Below are positions 51,304 through 61,513 of a DNA stretch of 64,000 nt, one piece after another. Under the pieces are notes generated by a model, which saw only the letters and a program-made list of their open reading frames with translations, searched no databases and was not told the origin of the DNA. Numbering within the stretch: position 1 is the first letter of the stretch; each line of letters begins with the position of its first letter. The stretch is from Leptospira venezuelensis (GTDB taxonomy: Bacteria; Spirochaetota; Leptospiria; Leptospirales; Leptospiraceae): positions 1,075,070 to 1,139,069 of the forward strand of contig NZ_NETS01000010.1 of NCBI RefSeq assembly GCF_002150035.1, read 5' to 3'. A program made the translations under genes and the position numbers.

Positions 51304-52527
51304 TTGAAGAGAATTAGTATGTATAGGGATTTTTTCCGATTGAAAGTCGGCGTTTTTGCGCTGTTATTGTGTTTTAATCTTTTGTTATTTAACTGCAAAA
51401 AGGAAGAAGCAGATTCGATGGGGCAATTGGGAGCCATCCAAGCGGCACTTGCATGTAAGACCTTAAACGAATGTTTTGATTCGACTGCATCTCTATCCAA
51501 AAGCGGAGCTTCTTTCCAAGTTTTTAAAAAAGACGGAACAAGAGTGTACTTTAGAGAAAAAGGGGCATTGGGTGCTGATAAGGTCGGACCGATTTTTTCT
51601 GCATCAAAATTGGTAACTGCATCCGTAATCATGGCGTTCGTGAGCGGGACTTGTGGGTCTTCAGCAAATTCGATGAATTTAAATACTACAACCGGAAATA
51701 TCTTAGGTTGGACGGGAGTAAAAGGAACTATAACCTTAAGGCAACTAATGTCTTTCACTTCAGGATTATATTCGGATAATAGTTCCGATGAAATGGGTAG
51801 TTGTGTTTTTACTCTACCTAACGGTGCAAGTTCTGGAGATAAAAATTTATGTACGGATTTTATCCGAGACAATACACAAACTACTAAACAGCCAGGAGAA
51901 GAATTCTACTATAATTCTTATCATATGGCCGTGGCTCAAAGAATGGCGGAAATAGATTCAGGAAAAAATTGGCAGGACCTTTTTGAAGATTGTATTGCTT
52001 CTCCTTTAAGTATTACCGTGGATCCAGGAACAGGAAACGGTATCTGGTATGCTGACATTTCTAATAAGAGCGGAGATGGAAGTTTAGCGGGAGCTTATGG
52101 GTTATATCTGACTGCAAACGATTATGCGAAGATCATGCATATGCTTGCGAATGAAGGGAATTCAGGCGCGATTATATCTGCTTCAAATGTGAATGAAATT
52201 TTTAAAGATCAATATGAAGAGGATACTAAGATCAAATATTCACAGTTCGCTTTGTTCGGATATTATTGGCATTATGGATTAGGAAATTGGAGATTTTGTT
52301 CTCAGCCCAATGATTCGACTGATTGCGATCAGGACGTAAATAATCACAGTTTTGGAGCTAATGGATTCTATCCTTGGATAGATCGAAATAAAGAGTATTA
52401 TGCTGTTTTTGGAGTGAACGAATTTAATTCGAATCCATTTAATATCATCAGTATCCTACAACCGAACTCGGCAGCATTGTTTTTCGGACAAGATGCAAAG
52501 AAATATATTCCAGCTCTTTTGGAATAA
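51304..52527 (+). CDS. Serine hydrolase of the beta-lactamase/transpeptidase-like superfamily (class C-type), lipoprotein
   Basis: Lipobox LLLFNC. SxxK motif FSASKLV. Confidence 0.7.
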   Translation: MKRISMYRDFFRLKVGVFALLLCFNLLLFNCKKEEADSMGQLGAIQAALACKTLNECFDSTASLSKSGASFQVFKKDGTRVYFREKGALGADKVGPIFSASKLVTASVIMAFVSGTCGSSANSMNLNTTTGNILGWTGVKGTITLRQLMSFTSGLYSDNSSDEMGSCVFTLPNGASSGDKNLCTDFIRDNTQTTKQPGEEFYYNSYHMAVAQRMAEIDSGKNWQDLFEDCIASPLSITVDPGTGNGIWYADISNKSGDGSLAGAYGLYLTANDYAKIMHMLANEGNSGAIISASNVNEIFKDQYEEDTKIKYSQFALFGYYWHYGLGNWRFCSQPNDSTDCDQDVNNHSFGANGFYPWIDRNKEYYAVFGVNEFNSNPFNIISILQPNSAALFFGQDAKKYIPALLE

Positions 52528-52745
52528 AAAATTTTGAGAATGGCTCCGTGAAACATCGGAGTTTTAAAAAGTTGAAAAATTTTCATTCTTTAGAGCTATC
52601 ATATGTGTATAACCTGTAAATAACCCCGCTCGAATACACTTTGCTCAGCAAATTTTATATAAATCTCGGTAAAATCCTGCCATATGGCGTCTCATTTCGG
52701 AAATAATGTAAAAATTCGCCTTTGAAACTTTTTTTCATTTTTTAG

Positions 52746-52791
52746 TTGACTCAATTTGTGCTACGCACTACAAATGGATTGTGCGCCGCAC
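52746..52791 (+). promoter_or_regulatory. Sigma70-like promoter with two GTGC-N3-GCAC palindromic operators (phasin-like gene 1)
   Basis: TTGACT-17nt-TACAAA. GTGCtacGCAC lies inside the spacer (52758-52768) and GTGCgccGCAC lies 6 nt past the -10 (52781-52791). Confidence 0.4.
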
Positions 52792-52814
52792 AACGGTGTG
52801 CCAAGGAGCTAAAA

Positions 52815-53195
52815 ATGGAAAAACAAATTCTAGATGTACTGAACGCAGGTCTTGGTTTGGTTAAAAGTGGACAAGAAGGTCTGGATAAAGCGAAAGCAGA
52901 ATTTACTAAGAGTTTTCAAGAACTCGCAGCTAAAGGCGCTTCCGACAATTCAGAAGCATCTGTTCGTGTTCGTGAGTTCGTAGACAAATTCTTAAACGAA
53001 GCAAAAGAATTATCTACTGCTGCTACTAAAACCTACGAAGATTCTCGCGCTAAGGCTCTTGAAGTTTATAACCAGATTGCAGAAGAAGCTAAGAAATTAG
53101 TTCCTGCTGAACAAATCGAAGCTATCAAGGCAAAATTTAGCGAAGTTACGGAGACAGTTAAAAAAACCGCTGCTCCAACTAAAAAAACTGCTTAA
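52815..53195 (+). CDS. Phasin-family (PHA-granule-associated-protein-like) alpha-helical protein, paralog 1. The start is at MEKQIL.
   Basis: [22 protein letters not shown] resembles the phasin (TIGR01837-type) N-terminus. An AAGGAG Shine-Dalgarno sequence lies 7 nt upstream. The track ORF begins upstream in the leader. Confidence 0.55.
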   Translation: MEKQILDVLNAGLGLVKSGQEGLDKAKAEFTKSFQELAAKGASDNSEASVRVREFVDKFLNEAKELSTAATKTYEDSRAKALEVYNQIAEEAKKLVPAEQIEAIKAKFSEVTETVKKTAAPTKKTA

Positions 53196-53219
53196 TATAA
53201 GCCTTTTGAACCTCCATAT

Positions 53220-53251
53220 CGGCGGGGGATTCCTCCCGCCGAAAATTTTTT
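53220..53251 (+). terminator. Rho-independent terminator
   Basis: CGGCGGGGGattcCTCCCGCCGaaaatttttt. Confidence 0.65.
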
Positions 53252-53266
53252 CCTCTTCTCTCAGTT

Positions 53267-53767
53267 TTGAATCCGATTAAGTTCCTAATGACTAAAATTA
53301 CATCAGTATATGTAATTCTCTTTCTCCTTTTCATTGTAGATTGCCGCATGAGTGGTTCCGGCGAAGAAGAAAGAAGGTTTATACATTCTTTTCGGAAAGA
53401 AGTGTATCTCGGAAATGCATTAAACGCGGAAAAAATGATCTGCGAACATGTGCTTTTCAGCCCTGAGCGCAAGAAAGTAGAAAAAATGTTTTCTCGCATA
53501 AACCAAGTTGGCGCAAGGGCGAACATTGTACACGAAAGTACAACGTGGAAGTTTTCGGAATTTAACGGAATCGATATTAACTTTTTAGTATTGGATGCGG
53601 TTCGAAGAAAGAAAGACTATTATAGAGAGCAAGTTATTGCAGGTAAGTTGGAAGGAAAACTTTGCATTTTTGGCTATACCATGTATAAAGATAATAATTT
53701 AAAAAAGGGCCTAGGAGAAATGAAAGATAGTATGGGGCAACCTTTTGACATTGAGTTTGAAGAATAA
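53267..53767 (+). CDS. Lipoprotein, hypothetical
   Basis: Signal peptide plus lipobox FIVDC. Confidence 0.45.
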   Translation: MNPIKFLMTKITSVYVILFLLFIVDCRMSGSGEEERRFIHSFRKEVYLGNALNAEKMICEHVLFSPERKKVEKMFSRINQVGARANIVHESTTWKFSEFNGIDINFLVLDAVRRKKDYYREQVIAGKLEGKLCIFGYTMYKDNNLKKGLGEMKDSMGQPFDIEFEE

Positions 53768-53782
53768 AAAGAAGGTATATTC

Positions 53783-55003
53783 CTACATACCTTTATAAAC
53801 CTGAAATAATCTCCTAATTCCTTCTTCTGTTTCTTCCTCAGATGCTTTTGAAAAATTCCATCTTAAATGATTTCTTTCCGGCTTACCAACGAAGAAGGAA
53901 GATCCTGGAACCGCTGCCAGCCCCGCCTCCAAACATTTTTGGAAAAGGAGATCGGTATTGATCTCTCGTGGGAATTCCAACCAATAGAATAGCCCACCCT
54001 TAGAAATTTGTAATGGAATCGAGTCTCCAAAATTATTTTTAAAACAATCAAACGTATGATTTGCTTTCTTGTGATAAACACTTCGGATCAAGGAAAGATG
54101 TTCTTCGTATTTTGGAGAAGATACAAATCCGTATACTAATTCCTGATTCAAAGTTGGAGAATGTAAATCCATCGATTGTTTTTGTACAATCAGATCTTTT
54201 AGGATCTTTTTTGGTGCCTTGATCCATCCTACTCGCAGTGCAGGTGCAAGTGTTTTGGAGAATGTTCCGATAGAGATGGTGTGTTCCGGACCTAACTCAC
54301 ATAAAGAAACCGGAAGATCTTTTTCGAAGTATAATTCTCTGTAAGCAGTATCTTCTAAGATAGGAACTCCATTCTCCAGGAGTAATTTAGAAACAGAATT
54401 TCGAACCGCCAAAGAATAAGAATAGGAAGACGGATTTTGAAAATCAGGAATACAATAAAAGAATTTTGGCTTTTCGGAAGAAGTTTCCAGCGAGTACTTT
54501 AATTCTTCGATGTCCGGACCTTCTTCTGTATAATTAATCCCAATAAAAGAAGGTGCATAAGAAGAAAACACTTGGATTACGCCTAAATAGCTCGGCCTTT
54601 CTAAGAGGATCGGTGAACCTTCTTCTATAAAGTATCTACTGAGTAGATCCAATGCCTGTTGAGATCCTGAGGTTAAAAGAATTTCATCTGCAGAAGAACC
54701 TGAGTAATATCGATCCGCAATCCAGGCGCGTAAGTCGGAATGTCCCTGTGTGTCTGCGTATTGAAATAGTTTTGGGCCTTTTTTGGAAATAGAAGTTTCG
54801 AAAATACTTTTTAGATCTTCAATTGGGAACAAAGAATCATCGGGAAGTCCGCCTGCGAATGAGATCATTCCAGGTGTATCGATCACCTTTAAAATATCTC
54901 TCGTCACCGATGCAGGAGTTCTTGCAGTCCTTGCAGAAGGTCTGAAAATTTCGGATCTATTTTCTAGAATTAACTTGCCCATCTTCTTATTTCGTTTATA
55001 CAT
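53783..55003 (-). CDS. PLP-dependent aminotransferase, class I/II
   Basis: PLP-lysine context SFSKTLAPALRVGW. Confidence 0.75.
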   Translation of the reverse strand: MYKRNKKMGKLILENRSEIFRPSARTARTPASVTRDILKVIDTPGMISFAGGLPDDSLFPIEDLKSIFETSISKKGPKLFQYADTQGHSDLRAWIADRYYSGSSADEILLTSGSQQALDLLSRYFIEEGSPILLERPSYLGVIQVFSSYAPSFIGINYTEEGPDIEELKYSLETSSEKPKFFYCIPDFQNPSSYSYSLAVRNSVSKLLLENGVPILEDTAYRELYFEKDLPVSLCELGPEHTISIGTFSKTLAPALRVGWIKAPKKILKDLIVQKQSMDLHSPTLNQELVYGFVSSPKYEEHLSLIRSVYHKKANHTFDCFKNNFGDSIPLQISKGGLFYWLEFPREINTDLLFQKCLEAGLAAVPGSSFFVGKPERNHLRWNFSKASEEETEEGIRRLFQVYKGM

Positions 55004-55041
55004 TAAATTGAGATAACCATACAGATACAGAAACTGTTTTT

Positions 55042-56466
55042 ATGACCAATACAGATCGACTCATTACTAAGTATTCTAAGATCGCAAATTCTTTGATAGG
55101 AAGGATAGAATCTGGGGAATTTCCTCCTGGTTCCAAATTACCATCTCTTAGAAAGATTTGTTTATTCGAAGAATGTAATCTTTCTACTGCTGTGGAGGCT
55201 TTTGGTATTCTTCAAGAAAGAGGCTTTATTAGCGGGAGGGAAAGGTCCGGTTATTTCGTCCTTCCTCGACCTGAACTGTATCCGAAATTCAAATTGGAAA
55301 AACCTGTAAGAGTTCCAAATCCATCCGTTCCGGAGGAGGTGAGTTCTCTTATGTCAGAACTTGCCGATCCAGGATTTATTCCTTTTGGAGCAGCAGTTCC
55401 TGATCCTCAGTTTTTACCCTATTCTTCTTTGCAAAAAGCATATAAGAAATCCCTAAAGGACTCTCAGGTTTATAAATATTCGGATGCAGCTGGAATTTTG
55501 GAACTTAGGAAAAAGATCGCAATTCGTTCTTCCGGTAAGGAAAGAAGGATCCATCCCGATGAAGTGTTCATTACTTTGGGTTGTTCAGAAGCGGCATTCT
55601 TAGCCTTGAGTCTTTCCTTAAAACCTGGTGATAAGGTCGCAGTAGAGAGTCCTCTTCATTTTGTTTTGTATCAAATTCTTTCTGAATTAAAATTAAAAGC
55701 GATCGAGATACCAACGGATCCTTTTACTGGTTTGGATCTTCAATCTTATATTTCCGTAATAAAGAAAGAATCTCCTAAGTATTTGATCACCGTTCCAACT
55801 TTTTCGAACCCAACTGGAAGTCTTATGCCTCTGGAGTCTAAAAAGGAACTTCTCAAAGTTTCCTCTAAGTATGGTGTAAAAATTCTTGAGGACGATATTT
55901 ATGGCGACTTGCAGCATAACGGAGAGATTCGTCCTTCTTCCCTTTTGTCTTTAGATATGGAAGGGATTGTGACTCATGTCTCTTCTCTTTCTAAATCCGT
56001 AAATCCGGGACTTAGGATTGGTTGGATGATCGGCGATAAGAACAAAGTGGAGAATGCAAAACGTCTTCGTTTAGCAGAATCAATCTCTTTGCCTGCCATT
56101 CCTCAACTTGCTTCTTCTTATTTTATGGGATCACTTGCTCATGAAAGACATTTGAGAGAATTTAGACGAAGGTTGGGCGGTTTGGTACTTTCTTATACGG
56201 ATTCTTTTTTGGAATATTTTCCGAAGGGAACCAAGATCGCTATTCCGAAAGGAGGTTTTCTTCTTTGGATAGAACTTCCTAAGGGAAAAGATTCTAGAAT
56301 TCTGAGATTTCAAGCCGCAAAGAAGAAGATTAGTTTAGTTCCAGGAAATCTTTTCTCTCTTTCCGGTAAGTATGTGAATAATTTCAGAATTAATGCAGGA
56401 GTACTGATGGGACCTAAGGTGATCTCTGCCATCCAGGCTCTCGGAAAAATTGCAAAAGAAATTTAG
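55042..56466 (+). CDS. MocR-family transcriptional regulator (GntR HTH plus aminotransferase-like domain)
   Basis: N-terminal HTH LPSLRKICLFEECNLSTAVEAFGILQERGFI. C-terminal SLSKSVNPGLRIGW. Confidence 0.8.
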   Translation: MTNTDRLITKYSKIANSLIGRIESGEFPPGSKLPSLRKICLFEECNLSTAVEAFGILQERGFISGRERSGYFVLPRPELYPKFKLEKPVRVPNPSVPEEVSSLMSELADPGFIPFGAAVPDPQFLPYSSLQKAYKKSLKDSQVYKYSDAAGILELRKKIAIRSSGKERRIHPDEVFITLGCSEAAFLALSLSLKPGDKVAVESPLHFVLYQILSELKLKAIEIPTDPFTGLDLQSYISVIKKESPKYLITVPTFSNPTGSLMPLESKKELLKVSSKYGVKILEDDIYGDLQHNGEIRPSSLLSLDMEGIVTHVSSLSKSVNPGLRIGWMIGDKNKVENAKRLRLAESISLPAIPQLASSYFMGSLAHERHLREFRRRLGGLVLSYTDSFLEYFPKGTKIAIPKGGFLLWIELPKGKDSRILRFQAAKKKISLVPGNLFSLSGKYVNNFRINAGVLMGPKVISAIQALGKIAKEI

Positions 56467-56469
56467 ATT

Positions 56470-57528
56470 GTGGGTCCGTACATGCTTCCTGTATTGTCCT
56501 TTGATAGCATGAATTTAGAAACAGAAATCCAACAACCTACCATTTTATGTGATCCTTCCGGTAAAGTGAATCGGAATGCGATCGGCTGGTCCAAAACTCC
56601 CTTACATAGATGTAATGTAAAAGGACATTGGCTTCGTAAGAAAAAATGGAATTACTGGTGTTTTTATGATCAAAACTTTTTGGCTTCCTTCACTGTTTCG
56701 GATATCGATTATGCGGGAGTGATCTTTTGTTATTGGTTGGATAGAAGGACTGGAGAGTTCCAAGAGGCAACTGTAATCACACCATTTGGAAAAGGCACTT
56801 TACTCGGACAAACTGTTTCCAGCACTGCTCGATACGAAGGAAAGGAAGGATTTTTAGATTTCCAAATCGATGAGAATGGAAATTACAAGATCAAGGTGGA
56901 TTTTCTTAAAGGAACTAACAAGTCCATACAAGCAGATCTTACATTAGAAGTCCCTAATCAATGGGAAAGTTTGAATGTTGTAGTTCCTTGGAATAAAAAT
57001 CGTTTTCAATTCACCCACAAATTATTCGGATTAGGAGCAAAAGGAAAAGTCACAACTGCTTCTAAATCATACGAATTCAATCCTAAGGATTCATTTGGAG
57101 TTCTAGATTATGGAAGGGGAGTGTGGCCTTATTTCAGCAAATGGAATTGGGCATCCATGTCTTATCGTCCAGGCAATAATGAAGTTTATGGAATGAATCT
57201 CGGTGGTGGTTGGACAGACGGAACTGGAACCACTGAAAATGCTCTTCTGATTAATGGTAGAATTTATAAAATTCCTTCCGTGATTGCTTTTGAGTTCGAT
57301 AAAAAAGATCCTAAAAAACCTTGGATGATCTATTCCAAGGAAAGTAAGGCAGTCGAGCTTGTATTTACTCCTGATTTTCACAGAAAGGCTTATTCCAATA
57401 TGGGATTAATTGCTTCTAAAGTAAATCAGATGATCGGAAGTTTTGACGGCGTATTCCGTATCGGCAAAAGTGAATTTAGGATTGAAAGTGGGCAAGGCTG
57501 GGCAGAGGATCATATCGCTCGCTGGTAG
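56470..57528 (+). CDS. DUF2804-like protein
   Basis: 352 aa, WNYWCF-containing, beta-rich. It follows mocR with a 3-nt gap. Confidence 0.5.
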   Translation: MGPYMLPVLSFDSMNLETEIQQPTILCDPSGKVNRNAIGWSKTPLHRCNVKGHWLRKKKWNYWCFYDQNFLASFTVSDIDYAGVIFCYWLDRRTGEFQEATVITPFGKGTLLGQTVSSTARYEGKEGFLDFQIDENGNYKIKVDFLKGTNKSIQADLTLEVPNQWESLNVVVPWNKNRFQFTHKLFGLGAKGKVTTASKSYEFNPKDSFGVLDYGRGVWPYFSKWNWASMSYRPGNNEVYGMNLGGGWTDGTGTTENALLINGRIYKIPSVIAFEFDKKDPKKPWMIYSKESKAVELVFTPDFHRKAYSNMGLIASKVNQMIGSFDGVFRIGKSEFRIESGQGWAEDHIARW

Positions 57529-57534
57529 GTCAGA

Positions 57535-58293
57535 ATGATTAAACTTTCTGAATATTCGACAGAACCGAACGAAGATCTTTCCAAAGAGAAAGCGGAAGAA
57601 CTTCGCCTGAAGGAATTGGAAAGGATAGAAGAACTGCAGATTCGCCTTTTTGCAGGTAAAAAGAAATCATTACTCATCATACTTCAGGGAGTGGATGCTT
57701 CGGGAAAAGACGGATCGGTCAAAAGACTATTTTCTGTTTTAAATCCTTTAGGCTGCACTTGCAAGGCATGGAAGGCTCCTACACAAGAAGAGTTGAGTCG
57801 TGACTTTCTTTGGAGAATCCATAAAGAACTTCCACAAAAAGGTTGGATCCAGATCTTCAATCGATCTCATTACGAGGATATTTTAGTTCCATACGTTTCC
57901 GAAAGTTTATCTAAAGATAAGTTGAAAGAACGAGTAGATTTCATAGATTCTTTTGAAGAATTTATCTATAAGGAAAATCATACTCATATCCTAAAATTTT
58001 TCTTACATATATCCCAAGAAGAGCAAATCAAAAGGATAGAAGAGAGATTATCCAATCCTGAAAAGAATTGGAAGTTTGATCCAAGCGACCTAGAGGCTCA
58101 TAAAAATTTTAAAAAATACCAGAACGCGTATGAATGGGTATTTTCTCATTCAAAAGATCGTTTTCCTTGGGTGATCGTTCCTTCTGACAAGAAATGGTAT
58201 AGGGACTATCTGATAGCAAAGTCAGTTCGTAAAGAATTGGAAGATATGGATCTTAAATATCCTAAGTTGGAAGTCCAACCAGGTAAGATCTGA
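57535..58293 (+). CDS. ppk2: Polyphosphate kinase 2 family (polyphosphate:nucleotide phosphotransferase)
   Basis: Walker A LQGVDASGKDGSV and the FNRSHYEDILV motif. Confidence 0.85.
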   Translation: MIKLSEYSTEPNEDLSKEKAEELRLKELERIEELQIRLFAGKKKSLLIILQGVDASGKDGSVKRLFSVLNPLGCTCKAWKAPTQEELSRDFLWRIHKELPQKGWIQIFNRSHYEDILVPYVSESLSKDKLKERVDFIDSFEEFIYKENHTHILKFFLHISQEEQIKRIEERLSNPEKNWKFDPSDLEAHKNFKKYQNAYEWVFSHSKDRFPWVIVPSDKKWYRDYLIAKSVRKELEDMDLKYPKLEVQPGKI

Positions 58294-58339
58294 CCTAGTT
58301 TTCTTTTTCATTTTTTTCTGAATTTTTGTAATTTAGGGG

Positions 58340-58385
58340 TTGACCTCTATAGTGCGGTGCAATATGAATGGATTGTGCGCTGCAC
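58340..58385 (+). promoter_or_regulatory. Sigma70-like promoter with GTGC-N3-GCAC operators (phasin-like gene 2)
   Basis: TTGACC-17nt-TATGAA. GTGCggtGCA lies in the spacer and GTGCgctGCAC lies 6 nt past the -10. The geometry is the same as at 52746-52791. Confidence 0.4.
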
Positions 58386-58414
58386 CAAAAGTGTGGCGGA
58401 AAAAGGAGAGAAAA

Positions 58415-58786
58415 ATGGAAAAACAACTGTTGGACATTCTTAATGCTGGAATCGGACTTTTGAAATCTGGACAAGAAGGATTAGACAAAGCGAAAGTGGA
58501 TTTGGAAAAAACCTACGGAGAATTAGTAGCTAAAGGTGCTGCAGACAATTCTGAAGGTTCTGTAAAAATTCGCGAATCTGTGGATAAACTTTTGAACGAA
58601 ATCAAAGAAGTTTCCACCGTTGCTGGTAAAAACTACGAAGAAACTCGTGGTAAAATCGTTGAGAAGTACAATCAAATCTCCGAAGAGATCAAAAAACGCG
58701 TTCCAGAAGGCCAATTAGAAGCAGTTAAAGCTAAATTGACCGAAGTAGCTGAAACAATCAAAGCTACTGCAAAAGGAAAAGCTTAA
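58415..58786 (+). CDS. Phasin-family alpha-helical protein, paralog 2. The start is at MEKQLL.
   Basis: [32 protein letters not shown]. It is ~55% identical to paralog 1. A GGAGAG Shine-Dalgarno sequence lies upstream. Confidence 0.55.
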   Translation: MEKQLLDILNAGIGLLKSGQEGLDKAKVDLEKTYGELVAKGAADNSEGSVKIRESVDKLLNEIKEVSTVAGKNYEETRGKIVEKYNQISEEIKKRVPEGQLEAVKAKLTEVAETIKATAKGKA

Positions 58787-58888
58787 TTTCCGACGAGCGG
58801 GCGAAGGGAAACCTCGCCTGCTAATTTCTTCCCTCCTCTCAGTTTCCACTGCTTGACATTTTCTTTTTTCAGGTGTCTTTGCTAAGGG

Positions 58889-59704
58889 ATGTTCTCCCGT
58901 TCAAAACTGCCCGCTCCGTTTCTTCTGATTTTAATTATTCTTCTGTGTATCATATCTTCCCAAGTTTCGTCCCAGCCTACGGAACCTTCTCCTGATAAAA
59001 CTATAGAACAAAAGCCAAGTCTTATGAATGGGCTACCTCCTGAAAAAACTCCAACTGGGCCTAGCCAAGCAGAACTTAGGGAGAAGTTCAAGAACCAGAT
59101 CGGTGGTTTTGCATTTGGGAGTTCAGAAAAATATTATTCTTTGCAGGTTGCGAGAATGTTAGATTCTCAATGGGCTATTGGGCTTAACGGTTATAGTAAT
59201 ACTTATGTGAATCGTTTTGATAATGATGCCGCATATTCTTATTATCTTCCCCCTCATGATTTTTACGGAAGATTGAGAAACCATCAAGAGAAGTATTGGG
59301 GAGGAGCTTTCTTTGTTCAAAGGTTCATAGCAGATTCTCCTTTTTTCGTTTCTCTTTGGTTAGGAAGAGAACATTACCAAAAGAATCAAACTGCTCTTTA
59401 TTGGGAATCCGCAGGCAATACATATCGTTTCGAAAAAGATTCTTATAGTTCGGGGCCAAGGAATTATGCGGGTTTCGGAGTTGGATTTAGATTCCAAGCT
59501 GGTTCTGGTTTATTTTTTGGTTGGGAAGGTGTTTGGAGTTGGTATGCTCCTTACAGTAATTCATTCTCTGTTTCAGATCTTTATTATTCGGATAGAACTG
59601 CAAGTATTGGAGATTTGCTATATAGAAGATACGCTTACCAGAATTCAGAAAGATTACCAGGCACTAGCTTCGGCTTAAATCTTTTCGTAGGCTGGGCCTT
59701 CTAA
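58889..59704 (+). CDS. Putative outer-membrane beta-barrel protein
   Basis: Signal peptide. Aromatic-rich alternating strands. C-terminal ...LNLFVGWAF with a terminal Phe. Confidence 0.45.
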   Translation: MFSRSKLPAPFLLILIILLCIISSQVSSQPTEPSPDKTIEQKPSLMNGLPPEKTPTGPSQAELREKFKNQIGGFAFGSSEKYYSLQVARMLDSQWAIGLNGYSNTYVNRFDNDAAYSYYLPPHDFYGRLRNHQEKYWGGAFFVQRFIADSPFFVSLWLGREHYQKNQTALYWESAGNTYRFEKDSYSSGPRNYAGFGVGFRFQAGSGLFFGWEGVWSWYAPYSNSFSVSDLYYSDRTASIGDLLYRRYAYQNSERLPGTSFGLNLFVGWAF

Positions 59705-60471
59705 TGAATTCGGATCTATTTCTTCTTCCTAAACCTTGGGTAATTGCTCATAGAGGAGACAGCGGAGAATATCCTGAAAACACAATGAGTTCGTTTCAAA
59801 ACGCCTGGGAGCTCAAGGCGGATTGGATAGAATTGGATATTACACATTCTGCTGATGCTAAGATAGTAGTTATTCATGATGATACATTGGACAGAACGAC
59901 AGATCAAAAAGGAGAAGTGAAACTTCTTCCATTTAATATGATCCGCAAAGCGGATGCAGGTTCTTGGAAAGACCCAAGGTTTAAAGGGGAGAAGGTGCCA
60001 GATCTTTGGGAAGTCTGGGATTATCTAAAGTCCAAAAATATCGGATTGAATGTGGAGATCAAATCAGGAGCTTATGAAGAGATTCCTATAGAAACTCCAA
60101 TTGAACAAGAGCTGATCGATTATACTAGGCAAAATTCGCTCTTTCATAAAACATTATTCTCTTCTTTTTGTTGGGACTCCTTGATACGTATTAGAGAATT
60201 ATCAACAGAGGCAAAGCTTGGCATCTTGATCGGAGACGAAACTTCTTCTTGGATGGAAGCATTAGAGCTTGGTTTTAGATTGAACGCATTCAGTTTGAAT
60301 CTTTCTGCCAGGGGTTTGGATAAAGAGACTGTTTCCAAAATCCAGATGGAAGGTTTTAAGGTTTTAGTTTACACTCTGAATACGGAAGAAGAGCTGAAGT
60401 CAGGAATAGATTTAGGAGTAGATGGGATCTTTACGAATTATCCTAAACGAATGAGATCTCTTATTACTTGA
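59704..60471 (+). CDS. glpQ: Glycerophosphodiester phosphodiesterase
   Basis: HRGDSGEYPENT and ELDITHSADAKIVVIHDDTLDRTT are GDPD motifs. Confidence 0.85.
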   Translation: MNSDLFLLPKPWVIAHRGDSGEYPENTMSSFQNAWELKADWIELDITHSADAKIVVIHDDTLDRTTDQKGEVKLLPFNMIRKADAGSWKDPRFKGEKVPDLWEVWDYLKSKNIGLNVEIKSGAYEEIPIETPIEQELIDYTRQNSLFHKTLFSSFCWDSLIRIRELSTEAKLGILIGDETSSWMEALELGFRLNAFSLNLSARGLDKETVSKIQMEGFKVLVYTLNTEEELKSGIDLGVDGIFTNYPKRMRSLIT

Positions 60472-61063
60472 TCTCTACTCTTGCAAATTGGTCCAGCTCT
60501 ACCTGCCAATTATCTATCATATTTTTTAAAACCGTTACAACCTTTTCAGACGGAACATCATAATTATCGGAGGCGAATGCGTCAGTCTCATTGAAGCCTG
60601 GTACGTTCTTTAGATCTTCTCCTTCTGCTCTGAATCTATAGATCTCAAATTCTTCTGCCCCTCTTGCTTCTCCGTTCTTTATGAAGAATGGTTTGATGAG
60701 GCTCATTCTATATTTTCCGAAACGAAAACTTTGTAAAGATTGTAGGAATTTATAAGTACCGAGAGCTAATTCCAATTTCATATGATCAGAATATTTTTCC
60801 GAACCTAAGAACGTAAGTGCAGACGTTCCTCCAAATCCTAAATAAACTTCGAATTTTGGTCCTTTCTCATCTTGAACTTTTACTAGATCAATTTCTTTCA
60901 ACCTTTCGCCAAATAATGCAAACGCTGCCATTTTGATCTTTTCTTCTTCGTTTAATTGTGCATCAGAAAGTATCGTTTTTACTTTTTCTTGGGGTGATTT
61001 AGAGCAGGAAGTTAATTGGAAGAAAGCTAGAGAAATTAATAAGATATGAACAGTTGTTTTCAT
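60464..61063 (-). CDS. Lipoprotein, hypothetical
   Basis: Signal plus lipobox FQLTSC. Confidence 0.5.
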   Translation of the reverse strand: MKTTVHILLISLAFFQLTSCSKSPQEKVKTILSDAQLNEEEKIKMAAFALFGERLKEIDLVKVQDEKGPKFEVYLGFGGTSALTFLGSEKYSDHMKLELALGTYKFLQSLQSFRFGKYRMSLIKPFFIKNGEARGAEEFEIYRFRAEGEDLKNVPGFNETDAFASDNYDVPSEKVVTVLKNMIDNWQVELDQFARVEIK

Positions 61064-61513
61064 AATAAATTCTAAAACCGACCTGCCTTCTAATATGACT
61101 TATTTTCTAAGAAAAATCCATCGATAAAAATGCAATTTTGGCGTTCAAGCCTTCAAGTAATGATTTTTTGAATAGGTAAATATAGATCGTCATATCCCTT
61201 AAAGGCTCGGCTTTTCATCGTTAGTTTAAATCTTTATGTTTTGCTATAATCGCCTAATGAATTCTCCGTTATATGTCAGAGCTATGGAAATAAATTTCCA
61301 TATTTATTGAGAATTGGTATAAAACGACTTAACGTTGCCCTGGGCGAAATAATCGAATATTTTAATTGTTAATCGTTAGCCGAAACAGGGGAGCCCTCAG
61401 ACGAATAAATTTATTAAAAAAATAGTAACCTAATATGAGTTTTGTCAAAAAATTTTATGCAGTGTTATGCGGAAAATTAAAAACACTTTACTAACTCTGT
61501 AAGAATATAACTG

